DNA of 32,000 bases from Longivirga aurantiaca (GTDB taxonomy: Bacteria > Actinomycetota > Actinomycetes > S36-B12 > CAIYMF01). The translations under genes were made by a program, and so were the position numbers. Shown here one piece after another: positions 1 to 10,121 of this stretch (its first letter is position 1; the number at the start of each line of letters is the position of its first letter). Below the pieces are notes generated by a model that worked only from the letters and a program-made list of their open reading frames with translations, had not been told where the DNA came from and ran no database searches. Where the stretch lies: the NCBI RefSeq assembly GCF_042660085.1, contig NZ_JBHSTI010000008.1:2145604-2177603 (forward strand). Reading direction: 5' to 3'.

Positions 1-207
1 GCCGTCGAGGCTGCGGCCCTCGTAGAACTGGACGTCGACGTGGCTGAACGGCTCGAGCCGGGCACCGATGCGCGAGGTGGTCTTGCGGACTCCCTTGGCG
101 ACCGCGCGGATGCGGCCGTGGTCGCGCGTGAGCAGCGTGACGATGCGGTCGGCCTCCCCCAGCTTCTGGGCGCGCAGGACGACGCCTTCGTCGCGGTAGA
201 GGCTCAC
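1..207 (-). CDS. recO: DNA repair protein RecO, N-terminal part (runs off window edge)
   Basis: Reverse-strand translation from GTG at 205-207 reads [69 protein letters not shown], the typical actinobacterial RecO N-terminus. Confidence 0.93.
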   Translation of the reverse strand, partial: MSLYRDEGVVLRAQKLGEADRIVTLLTRDHGRIRAVAKGVRKTTSRIGARLEPFSHVDVQFYEGRSLDG

Positions 208-321
208 TGCGGCATTCTCTCCCGCGCCACCCGCTGCCACCTCGTGTGACACGGGTGCGGCGGACCCCGGAGCAGCCGGTGCCGGGGTAGCGTCGTCCGA
301 CAGGACGAGCGAGGAGGCACG

Positions 322-1569
322 GTGGCCGACGACGACCTCACCGCCAGGATCGCCCGGCGCGGCGACCCCGAGGCGGTCCCGGTGCGCTTCGACAACAAGG
401 CGCTGCGCCGCTCGGTCCTATCGGTGCTGCTCGTGTTCCTCGCCTTCACGGTCGCGGTGTGGCTCTTCGGCCAGCTGAGCCACTTCCTGCTGGTGCTGCT
501 GCTCGCCTGGCTGCTCTCGATCGCGATGGAGCCCGGCGTCGCCTGGCTGTCGAACCACGGCTGGCGCCGAGGTGCCGCCACGGGACTCGTCCTGCTCACC
601 ATCGTGCTCGTCACGCTGGGGTTCCTCGGACTGTTCGGCGGGCTGTTCTTCACCCAGCTCGCCGACCTCGTGCAGCAGCTGCCGGCGGTCGTCACCGACA
701 TCATCGAGTGGCTCAACACCACGTTCGACCTGAAGCTCGACCCGAACAACGTGCTCGAGCTGCTGCAGATCTCGCCGTCCCAGATCACCTTGCTGGCCAC
801 CAACCTCGCCGGAGGCGTGCTCGGGGTCTTCGGCCTGCTGTTCGGCACGCTGTTCGACGCGCTCACCATGCTGGTGTTCGCCTTCTACTTCTCCGCCGAC
901 GGCCCGCGCCTGCGCCGCGCGGTCGGATCGTGGTTGCCGCTGGAGTCGCAGAGGGTGTTCGTCGCCGTCTGGGACATCGCCGTCACCAAGACCGGCGGCT
1001 TCGTGGTCTCCAAGGTCATCCTGGCCACGCTGTCGTCGCTCGCGCACTCGATCGCGTTCTTCGTGATCGGGGTGCCGTACTGGCTCCCGATGGGTGTGTT
1101 CGCCGGCGTCGTGAGCCAGTTCATCCCGACCATCGGCACCTACATCGGCATCATCGTGCCGGCCGCTTTCGCGGCGTTCGAGCAGCCGCTCGACGTCGTC
1201 TGGATCGTCGCCTTCGCGACGCTCTACCAGCAGCTCGAGAACTACGTCTTCACCCCGCGCGTGAGCCGCGTGACGATGGACATCCATCCCGCTCTGGCAC
1301 TGGGGTCGGTGTTCCTCGGAGTGGCGCTGTTCGGTCCCATCGGCGCGATCATCGGCATCCCGCTGGCAGCGGCGGCCCTCGCGGTGATGGACACGTACGG
1401 CAAGCGGCGCGAGCTCATCCCCGAGCTGCAGGTGCGCACGAAGGGCGAGAAGCCTGCCAGGCACGGCGACGCCTTCGCCGGCGACCCCGACGTCGTCACC
1501 CCTGCCGGGCTCCCGCTCTCGGACGCGCCTGCGGAGGCCGCAGCACCCGATCGGGTCAACGAGACCTGA
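322..1569 (+). CDS. AI-2E family transporter (TqsA/PerM-like multi-pass membrane protein)
   Basis: 415-aa ORF from GTG with multiple hydrophobic segments and the AI-2E/PerM-like stretch [50 protein letters not shown]. Confidence 0.88.
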   Translation: MADDDLTARIARRGDPEAVPVRFDNKALRRSVLSVLLVFLAFTVAVWLFGQLSHFLLVLLLAWLLSIAMEPGVAWLSNHGWRRGAATGLVLLTIVLVTLGFLGLFGGLFFTQLADLVQQLPAVVTDIIEWLNTTFDLKLDPNNVLELLQISPSQITLLATNLAGGVLGVFGLLFGTLFDALTMLVFAFYFSADGPRLRRAVGSWLPLESQRVFVAVWDIAVTKTGGFVVSKVILATLSSLAHSIAFFVIGVPYWLPMGVFAGVVSQFIPTIGTYIGIIVPAAFAAFEQPLDVVWIVAFATLYQQLENYVFTPRVSRVTMDIHPALALGSVFLGVALFGPIGAIIGIPLAAAALAVMDTYGKRRELIPELQVRTKGEKPARHGDAFAGDPDVVTPAGLPLSDAPAEAAAPDRVNET

Positions 1570-1708
1570 CCCGCGCGCCAGACCTGCTCACGGTCCGCTC
1601 AAGGCCCCGTGCGCACGTCTGACCGGTCACCGGACCTCGGTCACCCTGGGAGCGACGCGCACGAGCGCGCCCCGGCGCACCCGCCGGTCCCCAGACCCGG
1701 AGCCACCC

Positions 1709-2485
1709 GTGACCAGCACCGCGAGCGCATGGACCCGTGACGACGCCGCGTCGGACGCCGACGCGCGCCAGGAGATCCGCGACCTCGTGACCCGGCTCGC
1801 GGCCACGATCGGGTCCTGTCCCGACGACGACCGCCTCCTGCGCTCGGTCCTGCTCGACCTGCCGACCCGCCTCCAGGCGTCGGCCGCACTCCTGGCACGC
1901 GTCCGGAAGGACGGTGCGCTCGCCGTGGTCAGCCGCTTCGGCCGGGTCCACCTCGGCGAGGACGTGCTCGTGATCGGCGCCGACGAGGACTGCCCTGCCA
2001 CCCGCGCGCTGGGTCAGGCGGAGCCGCTCATCGTCGTCGCGACCGATGACGCCACGGCGCCGTCCACGTCCCTGCCCGAGGGCGGGGCACCCCTGGCCGC
2101 CGTCCGGGTCCTGTCCCGCGACGTCCCCGCCGCGGTGCTCGTCGTCTTCTTCGACGCCGTGGCCGACGGCGTCGCCGACCATCTCGCCGTGGTGCGCGAC
2201 CTGCTCGCCCTGCACGCCCAGGTGATGTGGCCGTCGCCGCTGCTCGCGCCTGGGGAGCGGCACCTGCACGGGCTTCCGGCCCCCGAGGACGACGGGCTCA
2301 CCCCGCGCCGGCTCACCGTCCTGCGCTACATGTCGGCGGGCCTGTCCAACCGGGCCATCGCGGACAGGATCGGCTTCAGCGAGTCGACCGTCCGGCACGA
2401 GACGATGGCCATCTACCGGGCGTTCGGCGTCGGTGACCGGCGTACGGCAGCGCTCGTCGCGCGCACGCGAGGCCTGCTCGACTAG
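1709..2485 (+). CDS. LuxR-type helix-turn-helix transcriptional regulator with N-terminal GAF-like region
   Basis: 258-aa ORF. C-terminal LTPRRLTVLRYMSAGLSNRAIADRIGFSESTVRHETMAIYRAFGVGDRRTAAL is a LuxR HTH. The N-terminal sensory assignment is only by general resemblance. Confidence 0.8.
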   Translation: MTSTASAWTRDDAASDADARQEIRDLVTRLAATIGSCPDDDRLLRSVLLDLPTRLQASAALLARVRKDGALAVVSRFGRVHLGEDVLVIGADEDCPATRALGQAEPLIVVATDDATAPSTSLPEGGAPLAAVRVLSRDVPAAVLVVFFDAVADGVADHLAVVRDLLALHAQVMWPSPLLAPGERHLHGLPAPEDDGLTPRRLTVLRYMSAGLSNRAIADRIGFSESTVRHETMAIYRAFGVGDRRTAALVARTRGLLD

Positions 2486-3412
2486 TCAGAAACCGAGCTT
2501 GCGCAGCTGCTTGGGGTCGCGCTGCCAGTCGGCCGCGACCTTGACGCGCAGGTCGAGATGCACCTTCGTGCCGAGCAGGGCCTCGATCTGCTTGCGCGAG
2601 GTCATGCCCACGTCGCGCAGCCGAGAACCCTTGTGCCCGATGATGATCCCCTTCTGGCTGTCGCGCTCGACGTAGAGCGACGCGTGCACGTCCAGCAGCG
2701 GGTTGTCGGCCGAGCGACCCTCCCGCGGCACCATCTCGTCGACGACGACGGCGATCGAGTGCGGCAGCTCGTCGTGCACGCCCTCGAGCGCGGCCTCGCG
2801 GATGAGCTCGGCCACCATGATGAGCTCGGGCTCGTCGGTGAGCTCGCCCTCGGGGTAGAGCGGCGGGCCGTCGGGCAGCAGGCCCACGAGGAGGTCGGCG
2901 AGCAGCTGCACCTGGTCTCCCGCGACTGCGGACACCGGCACGATCTCGGCCCACTCGAAGCCGAGGCTCTCCGCCAGCTTGGCGACCTCGAGCAGACGCT
3001 TGCCGACGGTCTCGTGCTCGACGAGGTCGGTCTTGGTGACGATCGCGACCTTCGGCGTGCGCTTCGCGGTGGCGAGCTGGGTGGCGATCCAGCGGTCGCC
3101 CGGGCCGACCGGCTCGTCGGCCGGCACGCAGAAGCCGATCACGTCGACCTCGGCCCAGGTCTCCTGGACGAGCGCGTTGAGCCGCTCGCCGAGGAGCGTG
3201 CGCGGCTTGTGCACCCCGGGCGTGTCGACGAGCACGAGCTGCGCGTCGTCGCGGTGGACGATGCCGCGGATCGTGTGCCGCGTCGTCTGCGGCTTGCTCG
3301 AGGTGATGGCGACCTTGTCGCCCACGATCGCGTTGGTGAGCGTGGACTTGCCCGCATTGGGTCGACCGACGAAGCAGGCGAAGCCGGAGCGGTGCTCGGA
3401 GGTGTCGGTCAC
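2486..3412 (-). CDS. era: GTPase Era
   Basis: 308 aa: GRPNAGKSTLTNAIVG (G1), DTPGVH (G3), TKTD (G4) and C-terminal KH-like HLDLRVKVAADWQRDPKQLRKLGF. Confidence 0.97.
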   Translation of the reverse strand: MTDTSEHRSGFACFVGRPNAGKSTLTNAIVGDKVAITSSKPQTTRHTIRGIVHRDDAQLVLVDTPGVHKPRTLLGERLNALVQETWAEVDVIGFCVPADEPVGPGDRWIATQLATAKRTPKVAIVTKTDLVEHETVGKRLLEVAKLAESLGFEWAEIVPVSAVAGDQVQLLADLLVGLLPDGPPLYPEGELTDEPELIMVAELIREAALEGVHDELPHSIAVVVDEMVPREGRSADNPLLDVHASLYVERDSQKGIIIGHKGSRLRDVGMTSRKQIEALLGTKVHLDLRVKVAADWQRDPKQLRKLGF

Positions 3413-4329
3413 GGGAGTGATTGTCCCTCACCGAGACGGGACGCCGCGCCCTGCAGCGCCAGCCCGGCCAGGACGCACCCCACGCCGACCCATCCGAGCA
3501 GCGGGATCGTCTCGCCCAGCACGAGGACGCCGAGCAGCGTGGCGACCACCGGCTCGGCCAGCACGAGCGTGGTGACGGGGCCGGCCGGAAGGTGCGTCAG
3601 GCCGCGACCGAACAGGACGTACGCCAGCGTGGTCGTCACCAGCCCCAGCCAGAGCGCCATCGCGATCCCGCTCGGCGTCCCGAGCCAGGCGAGCGGCTGC
3701 GTCAGGAGCACGGGCACGAGCAGAAGCCCGCCGAGGCCGAACGCCGCGGCCATCACCTCGTCGCTGCGGTGCCCCTCGTTCATCAGCCGCTTGGAGGCCA
3801 CGGTGTAGAAGGCGTACCCGAGGCCGGAGGTCAGGGCCAGCAGGTAGCCGAGCGCGTCGGCCTCGCCGGCCGAGGACCCGCTGCCGATCAGCAGCACGAG
3901 CCCGACCACGCATACCGAGGTGGCGACCACCCACGAGAGGCGCGGCCGCTCGCGCAGGAACACCCACGACAGCAGCCCCGTGAAGACCGGCCCGCTCCCG
4001 ATGGTGACGAGCGTGCCGACGGCGACGCCGGCGCGCAGGACCCCGCCGAAGAAGCAGACCTGGTAGAGCGCGGTCGTCAGGCCGGCGAGGATCCCCCAGC
4101 GCGTGCGCCAGAGCGCGAGCGCGTCCCGCCGGCTGCCGCCGATCCACGGGAGGACGGCGAACAGGCCGGCGCCGCCGATCGCGATGCGGACCGCGCCGAC
4201 GCCGAGCGGCGTGGTGCCCGAGGGCCCGAGCGCCTGGCTCGTGCCCGTGGTGCCGAAGAGCGTCGCGGCGCCCAGCACCGACAGCACGGCGCGGCCACGG
4301 CCGCTCTGCACGGCCCGGTCGGTGCTCAC
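3409..4329 (-). CDS. EamA/DMT-superfamily transporter
   Basis: 306-aa hydrophobic ORF with ATLFGTTGTSQAL and repeated drug/metabolite transporter signatures. Overlaps the era start by 4 nt. Confidence 0.85.
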   Translation of the reverse strand: MSTDRAVQSGRGRAVLSVLGAATLFGTTGTSQALGPSGTTPLGVGAVRIAIGGAGLFAVLPWIGGSRRDALALWRTRWGILAGLTTALYQVCFFGGVLRAGVAVGTLVTIGSGPVFTGLLSWVFLRERPRLSWVVATSVCVVGLVLLIGSGSSAGEADALGYLLALTSGLGYAFYTVASKRLMNEGHRSDEVMAAAFGLGGLLLVPVLLTQPLAWLGTPSGIAMALWLGLVTTTLAYVLFGRGLTHLPAGPVTTLVLAEPVVATLLGVLVLGETIPLLGWVGVGCVLAGLALQGAASRLGEGQSLP

Positions 4330-4334
4330 GCGCG

Positions 4335-4706
4335 TCAGGTCGTGACGACGGCGAGGACGACGGCGTCCGTGCCGACGACGACGACGGGCACGCCCGGTCC
4401 GCCGAGGTCGCGCACTGCCTCGACGTCGAGCGCGTCGAGGTCGGCGTCCCGGCGTACGACGACGGCCGCCTCGAGGCCGCGCGCGCCGGACGCCGCAGCC
4501 TGCGCGACGGCGAGCCGCAAGGCCGAGAGCGCAAGCGAGCCGAGGGCGACGGTGGCGCCCGAGTAGGTGCGGCCGGTCTCGTCGCGGACCGCAGCACCTT
4601 CCGCCGCACCGACGCGTCCGCGCGCGCCGCGCGCGAGGGTCGCGAGCTTGGCGTCCTCGGCCGGCAGGTCGGCGGCCGGCGTGCCCGCCGCGATCTGGTC
4701 AGCCAT
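4335..4706 (-). CDS. cytidine deaminase-like protein lacking catalytic and zinc-binding residues
   Basis: 123 aa from ATG at 4704-4706. [30 protein letters not shown] aligns by eye to the CDA motif GR.Y.G.N.E.AS...C.E..A, but no Cys or His exists anywhere in the protein. Position next to era matches the cdd position in other bacteria. Confidence 0.7.
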   Translation of the reverse strand: MADQIAAGTPAADLPAEDAKLATLARGARGRVGAAEGAAVRDETGRTYSGATVALGSLALSALRLAVAQAAASGARGLEAAVVVRRDADLDALDVEAVRDLGGPGVPVVVVGTDAVVLAVVTT

Positions 4707-6009
4707 CGGAGCCCTCGTCCTCGTCGTCGTCCTCCACCGGCACCACCGGCTCCGCGAGCACGGTACCGATCCGGTTGCGCCGGCCCGCGGCAGACTCCGC
4801 CGTGAGGTCCCAGCCGTCGACCGTGATGCGGGCACCCGGGATCGGCACGCGGCCGAGCCGCAGGGCGAGCAGGCCGCCGACGGTGTCGACACCCTCCTCC
4901 TCGCCGTCGATGTCGATGCCGACGAGGTCGGCGAAGTCGTCGACGTGCATGCGCGCGTGCACGCGGTAGGAGCCGTGCGCGAGCTTCTCGACCTCGGGCA
5001 CCTCGGTGTCGTACTCGTCGGCGATCTCCCCGACGATCTCCTCGACGACGTCCTCGATCGTGACGATGCCGGCGGTGCCGCCGTACTCGTCGACGAGGAC
5101 CGCCAGGTGCGTGCGGGCGGCCTGCATGTCCCTCAGCAGGTCGTCGGCGCGCTTGCTGTCAGGCACCATGAACACCGATCGCATCAGGCTCGCGACCCGC
5201 TCGCTGTTCTCCGCCTCGTGGTGCTCGAAGGTCCGACGTACGAGGTCCTTGAGGTAGACCACGCCGACGATGTCGTCGACGTTCTCGCCGACGACGGGGA
5301 TGCGCGAGAAGCCGCTGCGCAGCGCGAGCGAGATCGCCTGGCGCAGGGTCTTGGTGGTCTCGACGAACACCATCTCGGTGCGGGGCACCATCAGCTCGCG
5401 GGCCGTGGTGTCGCCGAGCTCGAAGACCGAGTGGATCATCTGGCGCTCGTCGTCCTCGATGAGGTCGCTCGCGCCGGCGAGGTCGACGAGCTCGCGCAGC
5501 TCGGCCTGCGACGCGAACGGCCCGCGCTTGAAGCCGCGGCCCGGCGTGAGCGCGTTGCCGACGAGGATGAGCAGGCTGGTGATCGGGCCGAGGAGGACGG
5601 CGAGGGCGCGTGCCAGACCGGCCGTGCGCAGCGCGATGCGGTCGGCGTGCTGGACGCCGAGGGTGCGCGGCGCGACGCCGAGCGCGACGAACCCGAGCAC
5701 CACCATGACGAGCGCCGACGCGACGAGCCGCCACCACACGTCGCCGGGCACGAGCTCGAGGAAGGCGCGGGTGACGAGCACCGTCGCCGAGACGAACAGC
5801 AGCGTGTGCAGGAACAGCAGCACGTTGACGTAGCGGGCACGGTCGTCGAGCAGCACGCGCAGGCGCACGGCGCCCGCCTCGCCCTCGCGCTGGAGCTCGT
5901 CGACCCGGGCGATCGAGACGCGGCCGAACGCGGTCTCGCCCGCGACGAGGAAGGCCGCGAGCACGACAAGCACGGCCGCGACGAAGAGCGACCAGCCCTC
6001 GGCCGTCAT
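4699..6009 (-). CDS. CorC/HlyC-type membrane protein with DUF21/CNNM, tandem CBS and CorC_HlyC domains
   Basis: 436 aa from ATG at 6007-6009: membrane N-terminus, [79 protein letters not shown]. The ORF track extends this frame artificially to 7752. Confidence 0.93.
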   Translation of the reverse strand: MTAEGWSLFVAAVLVVLAAFLVAGETAFGRVSIARVDELQREGEAGAVRLRVLLDDRARYVNVLLFLHTLLFVSATVLVTRAFLELVPGDVWWRLVASALVMVVLGFVALGVAPRTLGVQHADRIALRTAGLARALAVLLGPITSLLILVGNALTPGRGFKRGPFASQAELRELVDLAGASDLIEDDERQMIHSVFELGDTTARELMVPRTEMVFVETTKTLRQAISLALRSGFSRIPVVGENVDDIVGVVYLKDLVRRTFEHHEAENSERVASLMRSVFMVPDSKRADDLLRDMQAARTHLAVLVDEYGGTAGIVTIEDVVEEIVGEIADEYDTEVPEVEKLAHGSYRVHARMHVDDFADLVGIDIDGEEEGVDTVGGLLALRLGRVPIPGARITVDGWDLTAESAAGRRNRIGTVLAEPVVPVEDDDEDEGSDG

Positions 6010-6470
6010 CGGTCTCCGGCGGCGAGGGCCACCCACTCCGCCAGCAGCCGGGCCTGCAGCCCGAACATCTCGGCGTGCTCCTCGGGCTCGGCGTGGTCGT
6101 AGCCGAGCAGGTGCAGGATCCCGTGGGTCAGCAGCAGCGCGACCTCGTCCTCGAGGCGGTGGCCCGCGGCCTCGGCCTGCTTCGCAGCCACCTGCGGGCA
6201 GATGACGACGTCGCCGAGCAGGCCCTCCTCGGGCTCCTCGTCGTCCTTGGTCGGACGCAGCTCGTCCATCGGGAACGACATGACGTCGGTGGGGCCCGGC
6301 TCGTCCATCCACTTCACGTGCAGGTCGGTCATGGCCGCCTCGTCGATCAGCACGACCGACAGATCCGCCTGCGGGTGGATGCGCAGCCGGCCGAGGGTGA
6401 AGCGGGCCTGCGCCTCGAGGGAGTCGACGTCGATCGCGACGTCGGTCTCGTTGACGACCTCGATGCTCAT
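6006..6470 (-). CDS. ybeY: Endoribonuclease YbeY (rRNA maturation factor)
   Basis: 154 aa with the zinc-binding motif [24 protein letters not shown]-type overlap with the next gene. Confidence 0.96.
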   Translation of the reverse strand: MSIEVVNETDVAIDVDSLEAQARFTLGRLRIHPQADLSVVLIDEAAMTDLHVKWMDEPGPTDVMSFPMDELRPTKDDEEPEEGLLGDVVICPQVAAKQAEAAGHRLEDEVALLLTHGILHLLGYDHAEPEEHAEMFGLQARLLAEWVALAAGDR

Positions 6471-6479
6471 GCCGCGCCC

Positions 6480-7511
6480 CTAGATCCGGCGCGTCCGGCG
6501 CGCGGGGCGCTCGGCCTTCTGCGCGGTCTCGTGCTGCTCGGCGTCGTGCCGGGCGTAGGCATCGACGATCTTGCCGACGAGCTTGTGGCGCACGACGTCC
6601 TGGCTGTGCAGGCGGCAGAAGGCGACGTCGTCGATGCCCTCGAGGATCGACTCGACCACCTTGAGGCCGGACGCAGTGCCGCTCGGGAGATCGACCTGCG
6701 TGGTGTCGCCGGTGACGACCATCGTGGAGTTGAACCCAAGGCGGGTGAGGAACATCTTCATCTGCTCGGCCGAGGTGTTCTGCGCCTCGTCGAGGATGAT
6801 GAACGCGTCGTTGAGCGTGCGTCCGCGCATGTACGCGAGGGGCGCCACCTCGATCGTGCCGCTGGTCATGAGCCGCGGGATGAGGTCGGGGTCGATCATG
6901 TCGTGCAGCGCGTCGTACAGCGGGCGGAGGTAGGGATCGATCTTCTCGCTCAGCGTGCCCGGCAGGAAGCCGAGCCGCTCGCCCGCCTCGACCGCCGGGC
7001 GCGTGAGGATGATCCGGGTGATGGCCTTGGTGTTCAGCGCCTGCACGGCCTTGGCGACCGCGAGGTAGGTCTTGCCCGTTCCGGCCGGGCCGATGCCGAA
7101 CGTGATCGTGTGCTCGTCGATGGCATCGACGTACTTCTTCTGGTTCAGCGTCTTCGGCCGGATCGTGCGGCCGCGGTTCGAGAGGATGTTGGCGGTGAGG
7201 ATGTCTGCGGGGCGCGGGGCGTCGCTCTCGCGCAGCATCGTGATGAGGCGCTCGACCTGGTCGGCGGTGAGCCCCTGGCCGGTGCGGACGATCGCGAGCA
7301 TCTCGCCGACGACACGGTCGACCAGCGCCACCTCGGCGGCGGCGCCGGTGAGCGTGAACTGGTTGCCGCGCACGTGCAGGTCGACCTCGGGGAAGCCCCG
7401 CTCGACCGTGCGCACGAGCTCGTCGCCCGACCCCAGGATGCTGACCATGTCGAGGGACGCCGGGATCACGATCGTCGTCGTGATGTCGGTGGCGGTGGTG
7501 ATAGGGGTCAT
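6480..7511 (-). CDS. phoH: PhoH family ATPase (PhoH-like/YbeZ)
   Basis: Starting at MTPITTATD (CAT 7509-7511): [74 protein letters not shown]. Confidence 0.94.
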   Translation of the reverse strand: MTPITTATDITTTIVIPASLDMVSILGSGDELVRTVERGFPEVDLHVRGNQFTLTGAAAEVALVDRVVGEMLAIVRTGQGLTADQVERLITMLRESDAPRPADILTANILSNRGRTIRPKTLNQKKYVDAIDEHTITFGIGPAGTGKTYLAVAKAVQALNTKAITRIILTRPAVEAGERLGFLPGTLSEKIDPYLRPLYDALHDMIDPDLIPRLMTSGTIEVAPLAYMRGRTLNDAFIILDEAQNTSAEQMKMFLTRLGFNSTMVVTGDTTQVDLPSGTASGLKVVESILEGIDDVAFCRLHSQDVVRHKLVGKIVDAYARHDAEQHETAQKAERPARRTRRI

Positions 7512-7612
7512 GGGTCGGCCTCTCGGGCCGTGACTGCCCTTCGTCGTCGTGGTCGTTGGAGGTCCCATCGTACGGCGGGGCGGCGTACGCGGCGCCCCGG
7601 TTCCCCCTCGGT

Positions 7613-7954
7613 CTAGCCGGGCGGCCAGGACATCGGACGGCCGCCGAGCACGTGCAGGTGCAGGTGGAAGACGGTCTGGCCGGCGTGCGCCCCTGTGTTG
7701 AACACCAGCCGGAAGCCCTCGCCGAGGCCCTCCTGCGCGGCGACGGCAGCACCCGCTGCGAGCAGGCGCCCGGCGAGGTCGGGGTCGGTCGCGGTGAGGG
7801 CCACGACGTCCACGTGGTGCTCCTTCGGCACGACGACGACGTGCGTCGGCGCGGCCGGGGCGATGTCGCGGAACGCGAGCACCTCGTCGGTCTCGAGCAC
7901 CACGGTCGAGGGGATCTCGCCGGCCACGATGCGGCAGAACAGGCAGTCGCTCAT
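7613..7954 (-). CDS. HIT family protein (histidine triad)
   Basis: 113 aa: [16 protein letters not shown] and histidine triad [14 protein letters not shown]. Confidence 0.95.
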   Translation of the reverse strand: MSDCLFCRIVAGEIPSTVVLETDEVLAFRDIAPAAPTHVVVVPKEHHVDVVALTATDPDLAGRLLAAGAAVAAQEGLGEGFRLVFNTGAHAGQTVFHLHLHVLGGRPMSWPPG

Positions 7955-7981
7955 GCGACCGACGCTAGCCGACCGGCGCGC

Positions 7982-8455
7982 TCACGTGCGCGGCCGCCAG
8001 CGCTTCCACACCGCGGTCGCCGTGGCGCGCACCTTGTCGTCGTGGATCAGCTCGACCTCAGCGGTCATCTGGTCCTCCCCCGCCTCGACCACGACCCCGC
8101 GCAGCAGGACCGGCTCGCGCAGCGGCGCCGGACGCAGGTAGCGCACGTCGAGCCCTGCCGTGACGTACGACAGAGCCGCGCCCGGAAGCGGGGGCCAGCC
8201 CTGCCGCTCGGCCTCGAGCATCACGGCCGCTGCGCTGTGGCAGTCGAGGACCGTGCCGATGATGCCGCCGTTGAGGAAGCCGAGGCCGTTGTCGTGCTCG
8301 GGCCAGGGTGTGAACGACGCGACGGCACCGCTGCCGTCGTCCGCCGGGTAGCTCGCGAGGCGCAGCCCCTTGTCGTTGGAGGGCCCGCAGCCGAAGCAGG
8401 GCAGGTCCGCGAAGAGCCGCTGCTGGATGCTCGGGCCGCGCTCGTCGGAGGTCAT
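7982..8455 (-). CDS. PaaI-like hotdog-fold thioesterase
   Basis: 157 aa from MTSDERG: CFGCGPSNDKGLRL, NGGIIGTVLDCHSAAAVM, TAGLDVRYLRPAPLREPVLLRG. Typical hotdog thioesterase layout. Confidence 0.85.
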   Translation of the reverse strand: MTSDERGPSIQQRLFADLPCFGCGPSNDKGLRLASYPADDGSGAVASFTPWPEHDNGLGFLNGGIIGTVLDCHSAAAVMLEAERQGWPPLPGAALSYVTAGLDVRYLRPAPLREPVLLRGVVVEAGEDQMTAEVELIHDDKVRATATAVWKRWRPRT

Positions 8456-8520
8456 GGCGACAGTCTTGCGTCTGCCTGCCCGACAGCGCGATGACGCGCC
8501 CGTACGCCGGGTCGGCTGAC

Positions 8521-9735
8521 TCAGGCGACCGGCTCGCACATCCAGAGGCGGTCCAGAGGATCGCCCTGGCACCAGTCGCGGCCGGGGCCGCCCAGCAGCA
8601 CGTCAGCCCCGGAGCCGCCACGGAGGACGTCGTCGCCGGCCCCACCGAGGAGGGAGTCGTCGCCGCCCATCCCCCAGAGCACGTTGCGGCTCGCCGAGCC
8701 GACGAGGACGTCGTCGCCGCCCCCGCCCATCACGTTCTCGACCGTCGACCGCACGAGGTCCAGCTCCCCCGCGACCCCGTCGTCGCGCATCTCGTCCACA
8801 CTGACTCGGACCGCGGACGGGCTCCACGTGTAGTAGACCCAGTCGCGACCCGTTCCCCCGTCGAAGGTGTCGCTGCCCACGCCGCCGTGCAGCTTGTCCT
8901 GGCCGGGCCCGCCGAGCAGCCGGTCGTCGCCGTCGTGGCCGATCAGCACGTCGTCGCCGTCATCGCCGAAGATCCTGTCGGCACCGTCGCCCCCGTCGAG
9001 CCGGTCCGCAGCCGCCATGCCGTGCAGGGAATCGTCCCCCGCCCCGCCGTACAGGCTGTCGTCGCCGCCGTCGCCCACGAGCCGGTCGTTCCCTGCATCG
9101 CCGTACATCACATCAGGACCGTCCTTGTGGGTGTACGCGATGATCGCGTCGCCCTGAAGCCGGTCGTCGCCGTCGCCGCCCCTGAGGAGGTCCGGGCCCT
9201 CGGTGCCGTTGAGGATGTCGTTCCCGGGGCCGCCGTAGAGACGGTCGTACCCGGTGTCGGTCGGCGTGCACATGACGACCATGCCGTCGCCCCAGCAGAA
9301 GTCCTCGGTGTAGCCGCCGACGAGGTAGTCCCGGCCGTCGTTCCCGTAGAGCGTGTCGTCGCCCTGCTGCCCCTCGAGGACGTCGTCGCCGGGGCCGGCC
9401 AGCAGGACGTCGTCGCCGAACCCGCCGTACAGGTACCCGCCCGAGCCCGCCGTCGCGTCGACGATGTCGTCGCCGGCTCCGGCCAGGACCACGTCCTGGC
9501 CGCCGAGGGCGCAGATCACGTCGTCGCCCTCGGTTCCCTCGATCCGCTCGGATGCGGCGTCGGTGCCCACGATCGTGCAGACGTCGCCGGTGACCGCACG
9601 CACCACGTCGGCATGGGCGGGAGCCGTGGCGACGAGCCCCAGGGCGATCAGAGCCGTCACCGAGACGCAGCAGGTACGGCGGAACCAGACGGACCGTTGG
9701 GCGTGGAGCGCGCTGTGGGTCGGCTCGCGCGTCAT
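8521..9735 (-). CDS. Secreted RTX-type (hemolysin-type calcium-binding repeat) protein, paralog 1
   Basis: 404 aa: N-terminal signal-peptide-like segment (VSVTALIALGLVATAPAHA), then many GGxGxDxLxG nonapeptides (e.g. LYGGAGDDSLHGMAAADRLDGGDGADRIFGDDGDDVLIGHDGDDRLLGGPGQDKLHGG). Confidence 0.9.
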   Translation of the reverse strand: MTREPTHSALHAQRSVWFRRTCCVSVTALIALGLVATAPAHADVVRAVTGDVCTIVGTDAASERIEGTEGDDVICALGGQDVVLAGAGDDIVDATAGSGGYLYGGFGDDVLLAGPGDDVLEGQQGDDTLYGNDGRDYLVGGYTEDFCWGDGMVVMCTPTDTGYDRLYGGPGNDILNGTEGPDLLRGGDGDDRLQGDAIIAYTHKDGPDVMYGDAGNDRLVGDGGDDSLYGGAGDDSLHGMAAADRLDGGDGADRIFGDDGDDVLIGHDGDDRLLGGPGQDKLHGGVGSDTFDGGTGRDWVYYTWSPSAVRVSVDEMRDDGVAGELDLVRSTVENVMGGGGDDVLVGSASRNVLWGMGGDDSLLGGAGDDVLRGGSGADVLLGGPGRDWCQGDPLDRLWMCEPVA

Positions 9736-9925
9736 GGCGAACCCCCTCCCGGAGGCAACGGCTCCAGGCTAGCCACCCGCCCGTGTGGACTCCCGTCGAG
9801 AGCAGCCGCAACGTGAAGGCGGACGGGGTCCTTCTGGCGGCTCGCCGTTCGTCCTTGAGGTGTCAGGGGCCCGACGGCGACGAGGGACGCAGGCGGGCCA
9901 CCACCGTCCAGCAAGGGAGCACACC

Positions 9926-10102
9926 ATGGGTTACTCGTTCGCCTGCGCCGACGCCGGCGCCCCCTGCCCCGGATCGTTCGCCACCGAGACCAAGGACGAG
10001 CTGCTGCAGCACCTGCAGATGCACACCGCCACCGCGCACCCCGACCTGCCGAACACCCCCGAGGCCGCCGCCCAGGTCGGCGCCCTCATCAAGCAGTTCT
10101 GA
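9926..10102 (+). CDS. DUF1059-like small protein
   Basis: 58-aa product MGYSFACADAGAPCPGSFATETKDELLQHLQMHTATAHPDLPNTPEAAAQVGALIKQF. An upstream GCAAGGGAG-type RBS supports this ATG rather than the track's GTG at 9785. Confidence 0.7.
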   Translation: MGYSFACADAGAPCPGSFATETKDELLQHLQMHTATAHPDLPNTPEAAAQVGALIKQF

Positions 10103-10121
10103 TCCCTGACGATGAGGGGAG

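Noticed and set aside
4567-6102. 511-aa plus-strand ORF antisense to the CorC/HlyC-type gene
   Set aside because: Overlaps a clear CBS-domain coding sequence; composition typical of a GC-rich shadow frame.
4699-7752. 1017-aa extension of the CorC/HlyC-type frame
   Set aside because: Upstream portion is the shadow of ybeY, PhoH and HIT coding sequence. Real start is at 6009.
8491-9816. 441-aa plus-strand ORF antisense to RTX paralog 1
   Set aside because: Val/Ala/His-rich pseudo-repeats are the reverse reading of the RTX nonapeptides, not an independent gene.
9807-9860. Possible third copy of the 45-nt repeat (CGTGAAGGCGGACGGGGTCCTTC...)
   Set aside because: Only about a dozen bases near the start agree and the remainder diverges; indistinguishable from chance in this composition.
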